Of a stretch of 64,000 nucleotides of DNA, positions 49,382-62,629 are shown one piece after another. Position 1 is the first letter of the stretch; each line of letters opens with the position of its first letter. Made by a program: the position numbers and the translations under genes. Source of the stretch: Phoronis australis. Lineage: Eukaryota > Animalia > Phoronida. Below the pieces are notes generated by a model, which was not told the DNA's origin, did not search any database, and was given only the letters and a program-made list of their open reading frames with translations. The stretch is from assembly GCA_002633005.1 (NCBI GenBank), contig NMRA01000685.1, positions 1 through 64,000 of the forward strand. The letters are read 5' to 3'.

Positions 49382-50352
49382 CTGATATGATCACATTTCT
49401 ATACATGTAGCTTTGGCTAGTGATCATACTTTTTAACTGTCAATGTTTCCTTAATAGCAATAACAAATGTCATAAAACCAATCACATACTTTAATCAGCA
49501 TGAAGGAGCAATACCTTATTATTATAGCCCTTGATTGACTGGACTCTTACAGTGATGAACACCAACAACTCCACTGTGACTTGTTAACATACTATTGGAT
49601 AGTAATTACTGCTTACAATACCAACTGCCCACCACAGATTCAATTGCAGTATTTTGTTTTTCAGCCAAACCGCTTTGGATTGGCATTGCTAGTATCTACA
49701 CAGATCGTACAAACATATTAACTTTGAAGTGGGTGGAGCAAGAGCTGCATTACGAATAACCAAGACACTCGCAAGAAAAGCTAATGCAAGGTGATATCTT
49801 GTGGAGACTTGCATTATCTTTAGTTTTAGCAAGTTTCGTACATCTACGGAAAGCCACCCAGGATACCTTCACTGAATATGAGTAAGTCCATATTGTTTTC
49901 ATGTCTTTAAAAATCACAAAAGGTGGCACCAATTTTCAGTCAGACTTGCCTTAAGAGTCCTGTAGGTGCATGTTACATTCCAACATGTAAACAGTTCAGT
50001 CGGAAAATGGACACATTCACTCCTGTTATCAACATGGCAACTCATATATTACAAAGATAAAACAGTACAGATGAAATCTGATAAAATGTAAAACAAAAAG
50101 CTCATTAATTACATTAAATATATAAATATCTTACAATTTCCTCAATGCACAACAAACCTTAACAAAGTACTGATTCCAAATACTTGCAGAACACCCCAAA
50201 ATATAAACGCACAAATTTCCACTTCCCTGTCATGAAGGGTAATGACGGCATGTACTGTAGTAGTCAATGCCTGTACAACCAGTAGACCTGTAATTTGTAA
50301 CAGAGTCTAGCTAGACACTTCCTCGCAGATCTTCCCAGCAGTCGTACACCAC

Positions 50353-53300
50353 TCACAATGCAGGTAACATTTCTCTTTCTTTTTTCCCAGCCTTCACCTT
50401 ATCAATGTCTTCGTATACATTTTCATCTGGTTCATGTGTGGGAGGCAGAGGAGCGTCATCAATATTCAGCCCTTTCGGAAGTACTTGGTCTGCAATGAAA
50501 AACATTTCTAATATAATCACATTGCAATAAATCTTATTCATAATTTTGCTAAGTAACTGTAAACACCTTTGGTATTTTAATAATTTTCTCTAGTTTTTAA
50601 AATGTAAGTTTCTTCCTGTATTTATTGTTTGACTTGTGCTTTTTCACTTTTAACTAATAACATGACTTGTTAACAGTAGATTTTCTAGAACTGACAAAAC
50701 TCATCCTGCCATGCAATAGTGAAATCCATACAGTAGAACATTCCTGGGAATTCTGAAAGCGCACCAAAAATGTGTGAATTGTTTCAGAAAATTTATAAAG
50801 GGATTCTCAAACTCTAATGTCAACAACGGTGCCCTGATCAGTTATGAATTTGAAACACCAGCTAGGGTTCAATTTCAATTTTCAGCTGTTTACCTACCAA
50901 ACAAGAAGTCCGACGACTTTTGACAAGTGGTATATTGGTCGTTCAAGGTCCAAATATTGAGTAATTATAAATAATGACGTTAATCCCACATTTTCTATGC
51001 GTATGTGCCTCATTCCACGCATGTACAACGATATCCAAAAAGTGCCCAAGGTTTTTTCGAACCTTGTTTCCATAAAAGCCCTCATGTGTGAAGCTCTTTC
51101 AAAAATCTATGGAGTCATGAGAGCCAAGTTAAAGTTTGGAAATGGAAATGAGTATAACTATCTCTGAGATATGCAGATAACATAATAATGATGTCTTAAA
51201 AATTTTCATGTTTTTATGCAGACAACATAGTAATGAAGTACATACTGAGCGGTGCAAGAGTTTGTTTCCCCACTCCCTCTGTTGTTGCAATATTAGGGGG
51301 TAGAACACCAGCTGCTGAGGCAGCTGGCTGTTGACTGGGTGATGGTTGAGGAGCAGATGGCGTTGCAGGAAGTTCCCTCTGCTGTTTCTGTTGTTGCTCT
51401 TGCTGCTGCTTCCAAACGAGATTCTCTCCCACTTGTAATGCTGGCCCCAGTTTAGCACTAACTTCAGCAAGCTGCAAGAGGATACGAACACAATCAAAAC
51501 GCATATAGGTTGTCATCGTGAAGGACAAGACTAGTTTGGAAGTCTGTAAAGTTTTGGATGAAAAGTTATATTTCACTTACCTGTTGAATCCATTAGCTGT
51601 CACATGCAATGCATACTTAAAGTGACAACGGTAACAAAAGTGGTTTTCTAAGATCAACAACAACATGGAAATTGAACTCACAACCTCAACAGTCGTAGTC
51701 TAAAGCTTCGGTAGCAGAGCTAAACCTCACTCAATAAATGTCAGAGTATTTTAAGTATATTTAACTGGTAATGTCACCAGCCTTGACGTCAGCAAATTGC
51801 TGGCAAACAACCAGAAGAATTGGCGATTAGTAACAAAATCACAAAAAAATTTTATTTATTATTCTATAACACAACAACTTCAAGAGGTCAATTACCTGCA
51901 AAAATAATTCCAAAAATTAATTTTACGTAAAACCAGTTATGTCCTTATAATGCCATGCCTAAATTTGACTCAATTTAGGGTGCTCTTTGGAATGTCTAGG
52001 AGCACATGATAAGAGCAGAGAAAATGGGCACTTATTTGACAAGAACTTTGGATTATTGAAAGGGACATTAACCATTTTTTGGGAATATTGTTTGTTGGGA
52101 TAGACTTTTTAAAGTTGTTGGCTTTGACCAGAGCTTTAAAAAACAAAACATCCATTGCGTTTTTGCGACTTTTCAAAAATCGACAATTCTCACTGTTGTC
52201 TGTCGGACATCAGTAAAATCAAGGCCAGTATGTTTAACATTTAATTTGGCTCAGCACCAGAGCATTCAGCTGCTACAGTGGAGATAATAGGTTGGATTAA
52301 ACGCTGCTGAGAATTTCTGCAAAATTACTTTTCTCAACAAGAATGTCACTTTAAAGAGCATTCAGCTGCTACAGTGGAGATAATGAGTTGGATTAAAAAC
52401 TGCTGAGAATTTCCGCAAAATTACTTTTCTCAACAAGAATGTCCCTTCAAGGAGCAGGCATCATACACATAGAGAGCCAACCACTTCTGTAAAAGACGTT
52501 TAAATGACCGTGAACAGAAGGTAAGATCAAATTACTTCGCCATTTCACGATTTTCTTGTATCTGTCTATATTCCTATTGTACCTGAACCACTGGAGGAAG
52601 CAATAAACATTAACTGCAATAAAAAGCCTACCTCAGTATCGATTAATTTAGGATTTGACTGCCTTGCCATCTTCATCTTCTGCTCAAAGATTGAATATTG
52701 CCTCGCCGCTGCTTTACGATCACCATTATTGTAGAGGAAAATGGCGTAGTTTAGATTTAGTGACGGGTCCTTCCTATAATTATAAAAACAAAGAGTAGTA
52801 ACCAGGGCTCACAAAACAGTGGCTAATGTTGGAAATATTCTAAACTTTAATCTTCAATAAACCATTTCTGACAGAGGCTAGTGAACACCTGTTGGCACTG
52901 CATAACTCATAACCGAGTAAAGTTATGCGCAAAGAAAACTTATCCGTGACTGGATATAAAAGTCATTACTTCGTGAACTTTGGCAGTCCAAATAATGCAA
53001 GACGGGTAACTAGCAAATAGTTTTACTTTGTATCTGAATAAACATGATAACAGAATCTATGTCTGAAAGCTTCACTACAAAGTACGATTTGAAAAGGGTG
53101 CAAATGCCAAGTTTTGGTAGAAAACAATTGCTGGAATCACAGAAAAAGTCCAACATCTGTAGAGCCATTTTCAAAATACGGTAAAAATTCTCCAATTTGG
53201 GACAGTCTCAAGAATTTGGGACACAGAAACTCCAGCAAAAATTTAATTTCTTGATTCTGGAATTTAAGACAAGAGGGATTTTGACATTCAGCATATTTCT

Positions 53301-56300
53301 CAGACAATGTGTTTTCAATCTACAGCACATGTAAATTTGCTTTTTGGCAATTCTTTAATTTGAGAAGGCCAATATTGTCTATTTCTAGAATATGGGACAA
53401 TCTTTGACCGTGACCAAAATAATAAATTTTCACTGTACCAAACAGGAGAACTTCACGACAATACACAATGAATAGTGATCAGAAATAGTATCGAGTTAGA
53501 GTGAGATAACTCAGAGAACTGCGCATTTTTGCATGACTGAACACAAGTGTGCCCCTAAAATCCACATGGCCACATGGCATTAATGTCAAAGACAAGAGCC
53601 ATACCATTCGTGTTTGGTAGCTTCATCATATGCATTCTTGGCATTTTCTGGATCTTCAAGATGGGTGAGAGATACTGCAACAAAACACAAAACTGTCACT
53701 TGCGATTTAAATTACTAAAATGTTTTAACTATTAACAAATCATTATTACTGTTTACAGGTTGTATCAATGCATATATTTAGCAGATTTTTGAAGAAAGTG
53801 GCTGTATCCTCTTCCTCCTCCTAACCCGTCCCCATCCCAATCCTTGAATTTAGATGCCAAATTGTTTACAAGACTGAGAATATAGTTTGGTTAACACAAT
53901 TTTCAAACTATCCTCACTCCTCCAGGGACTCTTGTCTCACATTCAGAACAAGAGCAATGCGGAGCATTGAAATGCGCCCACTATAGCACGACAAAGAGTG
54001 TGCTTCTATGGGTGTTTTTAGTATAAGTCACTGTATGGCACAGAATGCGTCAAACCCATCCGAAATGAGAAGGTGGCACAACCGTCAATTTTCCTAATCG
54101 TCCCATGAGTGGTTTAGCAGATAGAGAGGTAGATGTCAAAAGCACCATGAAAATTTTTAAATGGTGACCCAGAAAACATCAAATCTGTCCAAAAATGGGA
54201 AGGCGTTGTTGTCTCCTTAATAGAAACCTATTTGCCGAATTTCACGAAATTAATTCATGAACTCCAAAGATACAGAGGTAAACGTGAAAAACATTTTGCT
54301 CCAAGGGCAAACAATGGTATTTGGATTAGTTCGACATTTGCTACTGTTTGTCATTGGCTCTATCACATCTTTCAAATTTCAAAAAACTTCTTCAAAGGAT
54401 TACTAAAGGAGATTCGGCCTCAGATGCAAAAAAAAACAAAATCACAACTAGGGAGCAACACAGTAGTCAGACCACATGTTCAAAAGTCAACTTCAGTCAT
54501 TGCCTTCTCATCAGGAAAACATCCTTTCAGTGGTATGGCAGATAGGGAATTGGACGCCAGGAAACAAACGCAAAAATATCAAAAAATGGCCACCGGGTGG
54601 TGCAGAAAACATCAAATCTGTCTGAAAATGATAAGGCGTTGTCGTCTCCTTAATTGAAACCTATATGCCGAATTTCCTGAAAATAAAGTACTGAAATCCA
54701 AACTTGAGATACAGAGGTATACATAAAAAACATTTTGCCACTAGGGGGCAAAGTGGTATCTGGATCAGTTTAACACTCATTACCATTTGTCAACGGCTCC
54801 ATAACATTACATCTTTAAAATTTCATAAAGTTCCTTCAAAGGGTTAAGGAGATTCAGCCAAAGACGCAAAAAAACAAAATCGCCACTAAGGGGCGACACA
54901 GTAGTCAGACTGTCTGAAAGTCAATATCAGTGGTGGCCTTCTCATCAGCAACACATCTGTAAATTTTTACAACGACCTTTTGAGCGGTATGGCACATAGT
55001 GAGGCGGACACCAGAAAATGGACGCAAAAATGTCCAACGAAGACGCTGAACGGAGATGACAGGAATATGAAGCCACACATGTATATGTGGGCACATAAAA
55101 ATATTCTTATGACAAAAAATAGTCTTTAATAGAAAGACATGCAATAATTACTCTAATTGCTCAAGAAAAATGTAAGCAACACACAATCAAATACAGTTAA
55201 ATCATCACATGTTAAATCAGTCTCACCTGCCAATAACATGTACAGCTCAGCCATTTTGGGTTTGAGGTTAATGGCTGCACTCAGGAAGTGGAAGGCAGAC
55301 GCATGTTGGTGCATTGTCAGATGGACCAGACCGAGGTTGTAGAGAATCTTCCAATCAAATGGTGCTAAGTAGTTAGCACGCTTCAGACAGCTAATTGCCT
55401 GTAGATAGCAATCACAAAACAGTAATTTACAGCATTACTCTTCATGTAGTACGAAGATGCTGTAAAAACTACTCAAATCAACACAACAAACACCAAATTT
55501 CCAAGCAGTCACCATTTACCTTTAGAATGTTTAGAAATTTTGAACTTAACAAGATATACAACACTACAATTTAGCAACAAGTAAACAAGGTCCAAATCTG
55601 CAACTGTTACTTACATGTCTAGCCTTGTTTAAAATTATAAATGTGTCGTGACAGCGAAGTGTTATGGTTGAAACTGGGAACAATGAATGAATTTTATGAT
55701 GGTATGCAATGATGTAAAACTCGACGAAAAGTTGAATATTGACATTCAAATATTGATTTGCGTGCCTTTTTCGAAAGTTTATAATACATCATACCACACA
55801 ATCAACTCCGCATTCAAGATTCATATAACACACATCTCTAAGTAACTGCTGAATACGACATACTCACTGCCACATATTTTTTCTTCCCAAAGAAGCACAT
55901 GCCAATGTTATTCCATAACGGAGGACTCTCTGGTGTTGTCACAGCCGCCACTCTATACTTGGTCAATGCCACGTCATAGTCGCCGTGCACCTGCATCATG
56001 CTCCCAGCAGCCAGTATGGCCTTAGTGTTGGTGGGGTCATAGGTCAAAGCGTTACCCAAGTGCTCAAAAGCCTTCTGGTATTTGCCTACTTGCAAGTACA
56101 GTAGACCAAGGGTCGTCAAGAGGTCAGGGTTTTCTGGAGAGAACCTTTGAGAAAAACAAACTGTGCAGGTGAATGCAACGCAAAACGATGTATTTATTAA
56201 TTTTTTAATTACTAAACACAACTTACTAGCCACAGTTAACTAACAGCAAACATAACACTATTTCACAGATTTTTGTTAATACGGACGAAGTTGGCACCAT

Positions 56301-59300
56301 AGTCCATGATGCCTTTTCTTAAGGTTTCTAACATTAATGTGAATGTCCACACTCAGCCTGGTGGTAACTGTGCAACAAAACTTGAACATAGAAAAGTGCT
56401 TTCAATGTAATACAAAAAAATATATTTTCTGGAAAAAATGATAAAACAAAATTTCAATTGTCAGTCATAGTATGTCCTAGAACTCCGGATATCCTACTTC
56501 TAAAATTCGTCCATCATGCTCTCAAGCATCACAACTTATTACCCAGTTTGTAACACATCTGACAATGTTCTGTCTTGTACATGTTATACTTTTGACCAAT
56601 GGCCATATGTATATATTTCAATAAATCACTATAAATGGGTGACATTTACCACCGTGTGATTTCACTTTTAAAGTCCATATTTGGGAACTATAAATATATC
56701 AGTTGTTTTGCGTCAACAAATCTCGCCCGTAAGCACATTATTTACAAATTACCAAGTTGAAATGAATCGGCTTTCTTTTACTATTTTATAAAAAATGGTA
56801 ATGACAGTACCTACCGTGGTGGGTGACATAAATGACAAGAAAAGGAAGACTTACTCAGCACCACGCCTGTATATATCAATTGCCATATTAATATCCTCTT
56901 CCAGCAGATAAATCTTGCCAAGCATTACATATGACAAGTCATGTCTCTGAAAACCAATCGCTTGCTTCAAACACTCCTTCGCCTGAAAGTCAACAACGGG
57001 ATTTTTAACGTAACAAATGAACTTTGTGATATTAGAACAAACGAAAACATTTTTGAACTGCAACATGATTGGTAAAGGTTTCCACTACTTTCAAGGGAAC
57101 TGTTAAATGAGTCGACCTGTGGCCTATGTAAAACAAAAATACTTGATACACAAGAATACATTTTTATATAATAAAATCAAATCAACATTAAGACATGGAC
57201 TATACAGTTTCAGTGCAATTCATTGGTAGACGAAAAAAGGAAACAATGTGAAACCATTGGAAGAGTATTTGGCGAGTATTCATGATTCTAACTACAGTAT
57301 TTTGATGTTTACTTACCTAGATAAGACTGTGCAGTCACATTGTAAATGACTGACAACTAAAAAAGTGACTAATCAAATGCAAAAGAATGGGACACTACCC
57401 AGGTAAACCATTTTGAATGAAATTATTAAGACAAACAGGTCTTCAAACACACAAATAAATCCCCCCCCCAAAAAAACTAACCTTTTCATAGTCCTTCAAA
57501 TACATGTGGCATATTCCCTGGTTGTGTGCTATTTCCTACAAAAAATAACATTGTCATGATCTGCATACACAGATAGAATACGATGGGAGTATTGGGACCA
57601 GATAACCAGTTGAAAGAACATTTTAAAGTGTATCAAGTTGCCTTCAAAAAACAATTAAAATGAGATTCGCGCGATTTTCAGTGCAAAAATAAATTCATTC
57701 AAATGCAGTATAGCACTCACCTACGGTACAATTTAAACACTTAAAGACAAAATATGCTGGACAAGTGAAATTTAATTCATAGCTACCATGTAAGGCAATG
57801 TTTTGAAAATTGTGGGCATTCACAACAATGTTAGTGGCCCTTGACAAATGATAAAATGTCAGTTTTGGCAATTATTTTTGCCCGAAATTGGTGAGATTTT
57901 ACTGTATTTACACAATTCTTCAAAAAGCACACACCTCCAAGAGCAAGGTGTCGCAAGGTACTTGAAAGCAATAAGCATCATGAATGTACTTCTTAATCTG
58001 TGTCATTTTTGACTTGCATTCACATTAGCTACCACTCCAAACAGAACTCCCAAACAGCACAAGAAAAAAGTAATCAGACAAAACAGTAACATGATGGCTA
58101 ATTTTGTTCACAACAAAAATTACTGTTAATATTAATTACGGTAGCAAAATTCTAATTACAAAATAGTGTAGCCACCTTACCAATTTTCCTGTTAATTCCC
58201 CTTTATTATCGGTCACAAGGGAAAACTGAGATGAATTTGCCTGTCGCCCAACCATCATGACGGGAATTCAAGCTCATTTTGTCTCAATATTTTTGGCTTG
58301 CACTGCACATGTGCATTATAATTCCCTTGGGCTACACGTTAAACGAACGATCTTGGTGCTAGCCCAACACTTCCAAATACGCTATAGCCAAATTATAAAA
58401 TAAAATGTTCCCATTTTTAATAGCAACCTTACAACTGCTTCAAAATTTGCATCCAAGAAGACGTGCCTATTAAGCATCTTTCCAGCATGGTTGTATCATA
58501 TGACACAAAACACGGCCTCGAGAAATAAGCTAGGTACTAGAACAAAACTTCTCAAAAAGCAACATACCCAGTCACGTTCATTCATCTTGGCTGCTTCATT
58601 GTAAATGTCGATGGCTGCCTTGTGTCGTGACAACAAAAATCTGAAAGAAAAAACCGCACTGTTCATTAAGACCTGCAAAGGAGATCATCATGTGTTATAG
58701 CGCAGTTGTCATAACATCTTCAGGACCAGTGTTAATTTGCACTTTAAATCATCAAGATGTCTAAACAGTGATCCCACTAATAAGGGTTTTCAATTACTTT
58801 CCAATAATGCCCAGTATAAAGAATCTTGCAATTCAGCAGGTCGGTGTTTTTAATGTACCATTCAACAAGAGCAAATACATCAATATTTGATTATGTTATC
58901 TGCAATATAATATGGTTGATATACTCACGGAAAAGCCATGTATCCCATCATTTAGATATTAGTGAATTCCTAAGCAACAGATGCCTCACATTATTTTTGG
59001 AAATTCTAAATGAGACCAGTTTGCAAGAAGCTGGAATCAATAAATTACTAGGTTGACTATCAACCCAGCATCAAGGGTGGTCCAATACTTACAGAGACCT
59101 CGCTACCTGCTTCAGATTGTCAGCAGACTGGGGATTCAACAAAGCACATGTTTGGAACAGTTCCAGTGACTCTTGGATCTTGCCTTCTTGCCTTGATATG
59201 AGGGCTAGCAAGAAACAAAAAAAAACAACATGAAAAACACTTTTATTTGCCCTGTTGAACTAAACTTATATATTAATCCTAAAAGCACCATCTAGTGTTC

Positions 59301-62109
59301 AGTAATGAAACCCATCTTTACTCCACTCCATCAACAAACTATGGAATTCCCATTCTTTGAATTCAATCTTTAAAAATCATATCCTTAAGATCACTCCTTG
59401 ACCGTGTAAGGTACAAGTTAAGACCAATTTTATACCGACGAATGGTTAGTTCAGACCTAAGTGCTTATGACATCGAAAATCGTCAAAGGCAGAAAATTTA
59501 AAATTTACCGTTGGCTAGTTCCATTCCCACTGGTTAAAAATTAAAGGGAAGTTATTATTAATTATCGACAGCAACACAAGATTTCAGAGCGTGAGTAATG
59601 ACTCGAAGGATTACAAACTGGAGGACAAACTCATCGCACTTCATTCCAGTTAGCCCAGCCCGTCTACACCAGAATTAGAAATTGGGTAAAGTGAGTTGTT
59701 AGTGCATGTTCCCTACTTACCTTTTACATAGACGGCGTACTCGCACATTCCGTTGGTTTCTGTCAACTGCTCCTTAATCATCGACTTACACGTGTCAAAT
59801 TCTTTCCTCACATAATGCAAGTGGATCAGCCAGTTTCGCCTTTCAAATGGGGGCAGTTCAGGTGCTGGGGGCACAAAGACAATTGTTTAAATGGGGGCAG
59901 TTCAGGTGCTGGGGCCACAAAGACAATTGTTTAAATATAACAATTTCAACAAGAGCAATGCGGAGCGTTGAAATGCGCCCACGAATGCATCGCAAATGGT
60001 GTGCATGTAGGTTGTTTATTTGTGTCATATAAATGGGCACTAGATGGCGAAAAAACATACAATCCTTCCGAAAACGCAAACATGTCATTGCTTCTTAAGT
60101 AGAAAACTATACACTAAATTTCATAGAAATCCATCATGGAACTTCAGAGAAACAAAGGAAAACAGAATCAAATGAAATTGCCACTAGGGGGCACACTGTT
60201 CATTGGATCCGCCTGAAAGTCGTCATTGTCTGTTGTTAGCTTCATATAAATACACTTACAACTCAAATTTAATAAAGATCCTGCAGTGGGTTTAGGAGAT
60301 ACAGATGCCCATATTCAAAATTTTATGAAAATCCGTTGAGGACCTTTGAAGATACAGAGGTAAACATCAAATTAAAATTGCCACCAGCGGGCACACCAGT
60401 AGTCAGATCCATCCGAAAATCGTCATCGTCCGTTGCCAACATCACATGTCGTGAACACATCCACTAGCACAAGAAACTGTAGCAACACAGCATTTTTCAA
60501 CCTTCACTCTTATCAGGCTTCTATTGTGAGTCAGCATGCGTGAATAATTGGCTGATAAGCCACCTGTGCAACTACTTTTGGCTGAATGGATGACCAGGCC
60601 ATAAAATGATAATTAGCCAAGACCAGTTACTAATGCAACAAAGCATAATGTTGTAGCATCATCTAGCCTTGGTGGAAAGCTGTATACTGTATTGGCTCTA
60701 ATAAACGCTTAGAAAAATTACATCGCCTGTGGATGTAGCAGACTGCTGAATGTGATGTTATCATCCTAACTTGTTTATTTGCAGTCTACAGCTTACACTG
60801 GTGCCAACATTAGACAGTTCTCAATATTAATTTTCAGCTGGGTATGCAACACAATGGGCAATTACTATGACTCATGCATAAACCAGCAGGCAGGAGTTGA
60901 GAATACAGTGTGTCATCATGCAATTTTTGGCATGATAATGGTCAATACTGTCCAGTGACATGTGTAAAGAGTTGAAGATGGACATGTCTCAATTACAGCT
61001 GTGTAAATTATCTAGGGAATTTTATGGTCATACCTTTCTTCGGACGTGATCTGGTCGGAGCTGGTGGTACATGAGGTTCGGACTGCGCTGAAGACACCAA
61101 ATCATCCATCTTTGGCTTCTCCGGTAAAGGAGCAGCAGCACTCTACAACATATTTCATATTAAAATATGCCATTCTGACACCTTGATGGATCATTTTAAA
61201 GGTGCTATAAACTGGCTTTCAGTCAAAAATGACCTTCATTTTACATAACGTAGAATTGTCGTGAGGACTTGATAGGGACCTCAGGGGTCTCACACTCCAC
61301 TGATTTATCCACATTATTTTGAAAACACTTTGCCTTGTGTTGTGTGTCATAAAAGAGATAAGCATACCTGCAGCTGACGCAGCAAGTAGAACTACTCTCG
61401 TTTATCACATCAGTGTAGACTCACAGTTGAACTGTGGTTTTTTGTTGACCCCAGACCGTCCGGAGTTGCACCATATACCAACTCCAGACGGTCTCTCATG
61501 ACGATTTATCGTTATGAAGTCCCAGGCCAGGGACAGTCAAATACCTCAATTTGTTCATTTCACAGATTTTGGGAAGAACTGTTTGTTCTCAAGCCCAAAA
61601 ATCTGGAACAACCTGAGTATGGAACACCTTGAGACCAATTTTGCTGCAGTAAGGATAATTTATGCAGCTTAAATGCTGAATTACCAAACACACCAGAATA
61701 ATTATAAACAACTGCTCCAAAGTTGAGTCTTGACTGACCTACTTTCAAAGGATTAAGTGGGACAAGTTCCAAGACACAATAATAATACAATTCCTCTTGA
61801 AGAAAAAAACAGATAAGAAACTCTGATAGTGTCTATGTGCCGTCAATAGATTGTCAGATATCAATTTGACGTACTAGGTTACTATCTTCAACTTGTATCT
61901 GAATTATTCTAAACCAAACAAGCGACAAACTGCGGCGTATTGAATACTGCGATAAAATTTGTGCGTTGAGAACGTCCACGGTTAAAGTAAAGTGCAACGA
62001 GGCCTACCTCAATTGACTCATTTGTGTTGTCCTCTAAAGACACTGTTGACTGAACTCTTGCAGTGCCTCCACTTAAGTCATTCAAATCCCCTTGCTCGTG
62101 TTCATACAT
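50353..62109 (-). CDS. BBS4: Bardet-Biedl syndrome 4 protein (TPR subunit of the BBSome); 13 coding exons, about 581 aa; start codon and first two exons less certain
   Basis: Exons: 62109-62008, 61142-61034, 59864-59721, 59204-59093, 58640-58568, 57535-57482, 56982-56855, 56144-55868, 55398-55227, 53674-53605, 52773-52632, 51471-51246, 50489-50353 (TGA). Phases consistent. Peptides [114 protein letters not shown]. An acceptor 8 nt upstream of the ATG (exon start 62117) implies a further upstream exon. Confidence 0.93.
51621..52350. mobile_element. Kolobok-like MITE with TTAA TSD; its right ~95 bp are duplicated at 52355-52449
   Basis: ttaa|agtgaca ... tgtcact|ttaa; agagcattcagctgctacagtggagataat occurs twice. 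Confidence 0.65.
53947..55101 (+). mobile_element. HINE-like element copy 4 (complete)
   Basis: 5' aacaagagcaatgcggagcattgaaatgcgccca; 3' gacgctgaacggagatgacagg and hairpin ccacacatgtatatgtgg followed by cacataaaaa. Confidence 0.75.
59845..59936 (-). repeat. 44-bp tandem duplication of a BBS4 acceptor and exon start
   Basis: aaatgggggcagttcaggtgctgggg[gc]cacaaagacaattgttt twice, one mismatch. Confidence 0.95.
59948..60450 (+). mobile_element. HINE-like element copy 5 (3' truncated)
   Basis: 5' aacaagagcaatgcggagcgttgaaatgcgcccacgaatgcat, closely similar to 12417-12700. Confidence 0.75.
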
Positions 62110-62629
62110 TGCTTCGCCTGCTTTACAAGAAAAATGTCACAGGTCGTTTACAAATGACGCACCAAATAGTGTCTCAATAATTAAGTCGGTTTTCTAAAAA
62201 ACATCACTGCAACAAATATAAAAAATTACAAATAATTATCATAATCCATAATTTTTCTAATTTTACCAATGCTTTTTTCAGATATACGGCTGTAAAAACA
62301 AAATTGTCTCAAAAAATATTTTGTCGCGAAGCGAAAACACCAACTTCCGTATTTTGTACTTGCAGGTGATTAATAATGGTAACTGGTTTTGGTATGTTTT
62401 AAAACACGACCGATGTTTAGCAATTGTGCAATCAAGAATCCTTTTTATACCTTTGCTCCTCAAGGCTCTAGAACTGTTATGAAAGCTTTTGGTATCGGTA
62501 AAATTTTGCCAGGTTGTATTTGTTAGTTGAAAAACCAAGTCAGGCAAGCCAACTCCAGACACAATTCAGATGGTAATTCTGTTTACTACAGCTTAGCCAG
62601 CCAGCTGTGTATTAATGATAGTCAAAACT

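Noticed and set aside
61544-61602. Possible extra BBS4 exon ending NEQIE, resembling the NESIE exon end
   Set aside because: In-frame stop a few codons upstream of the donor; no open frame from the nearby acceptor in the required phase.
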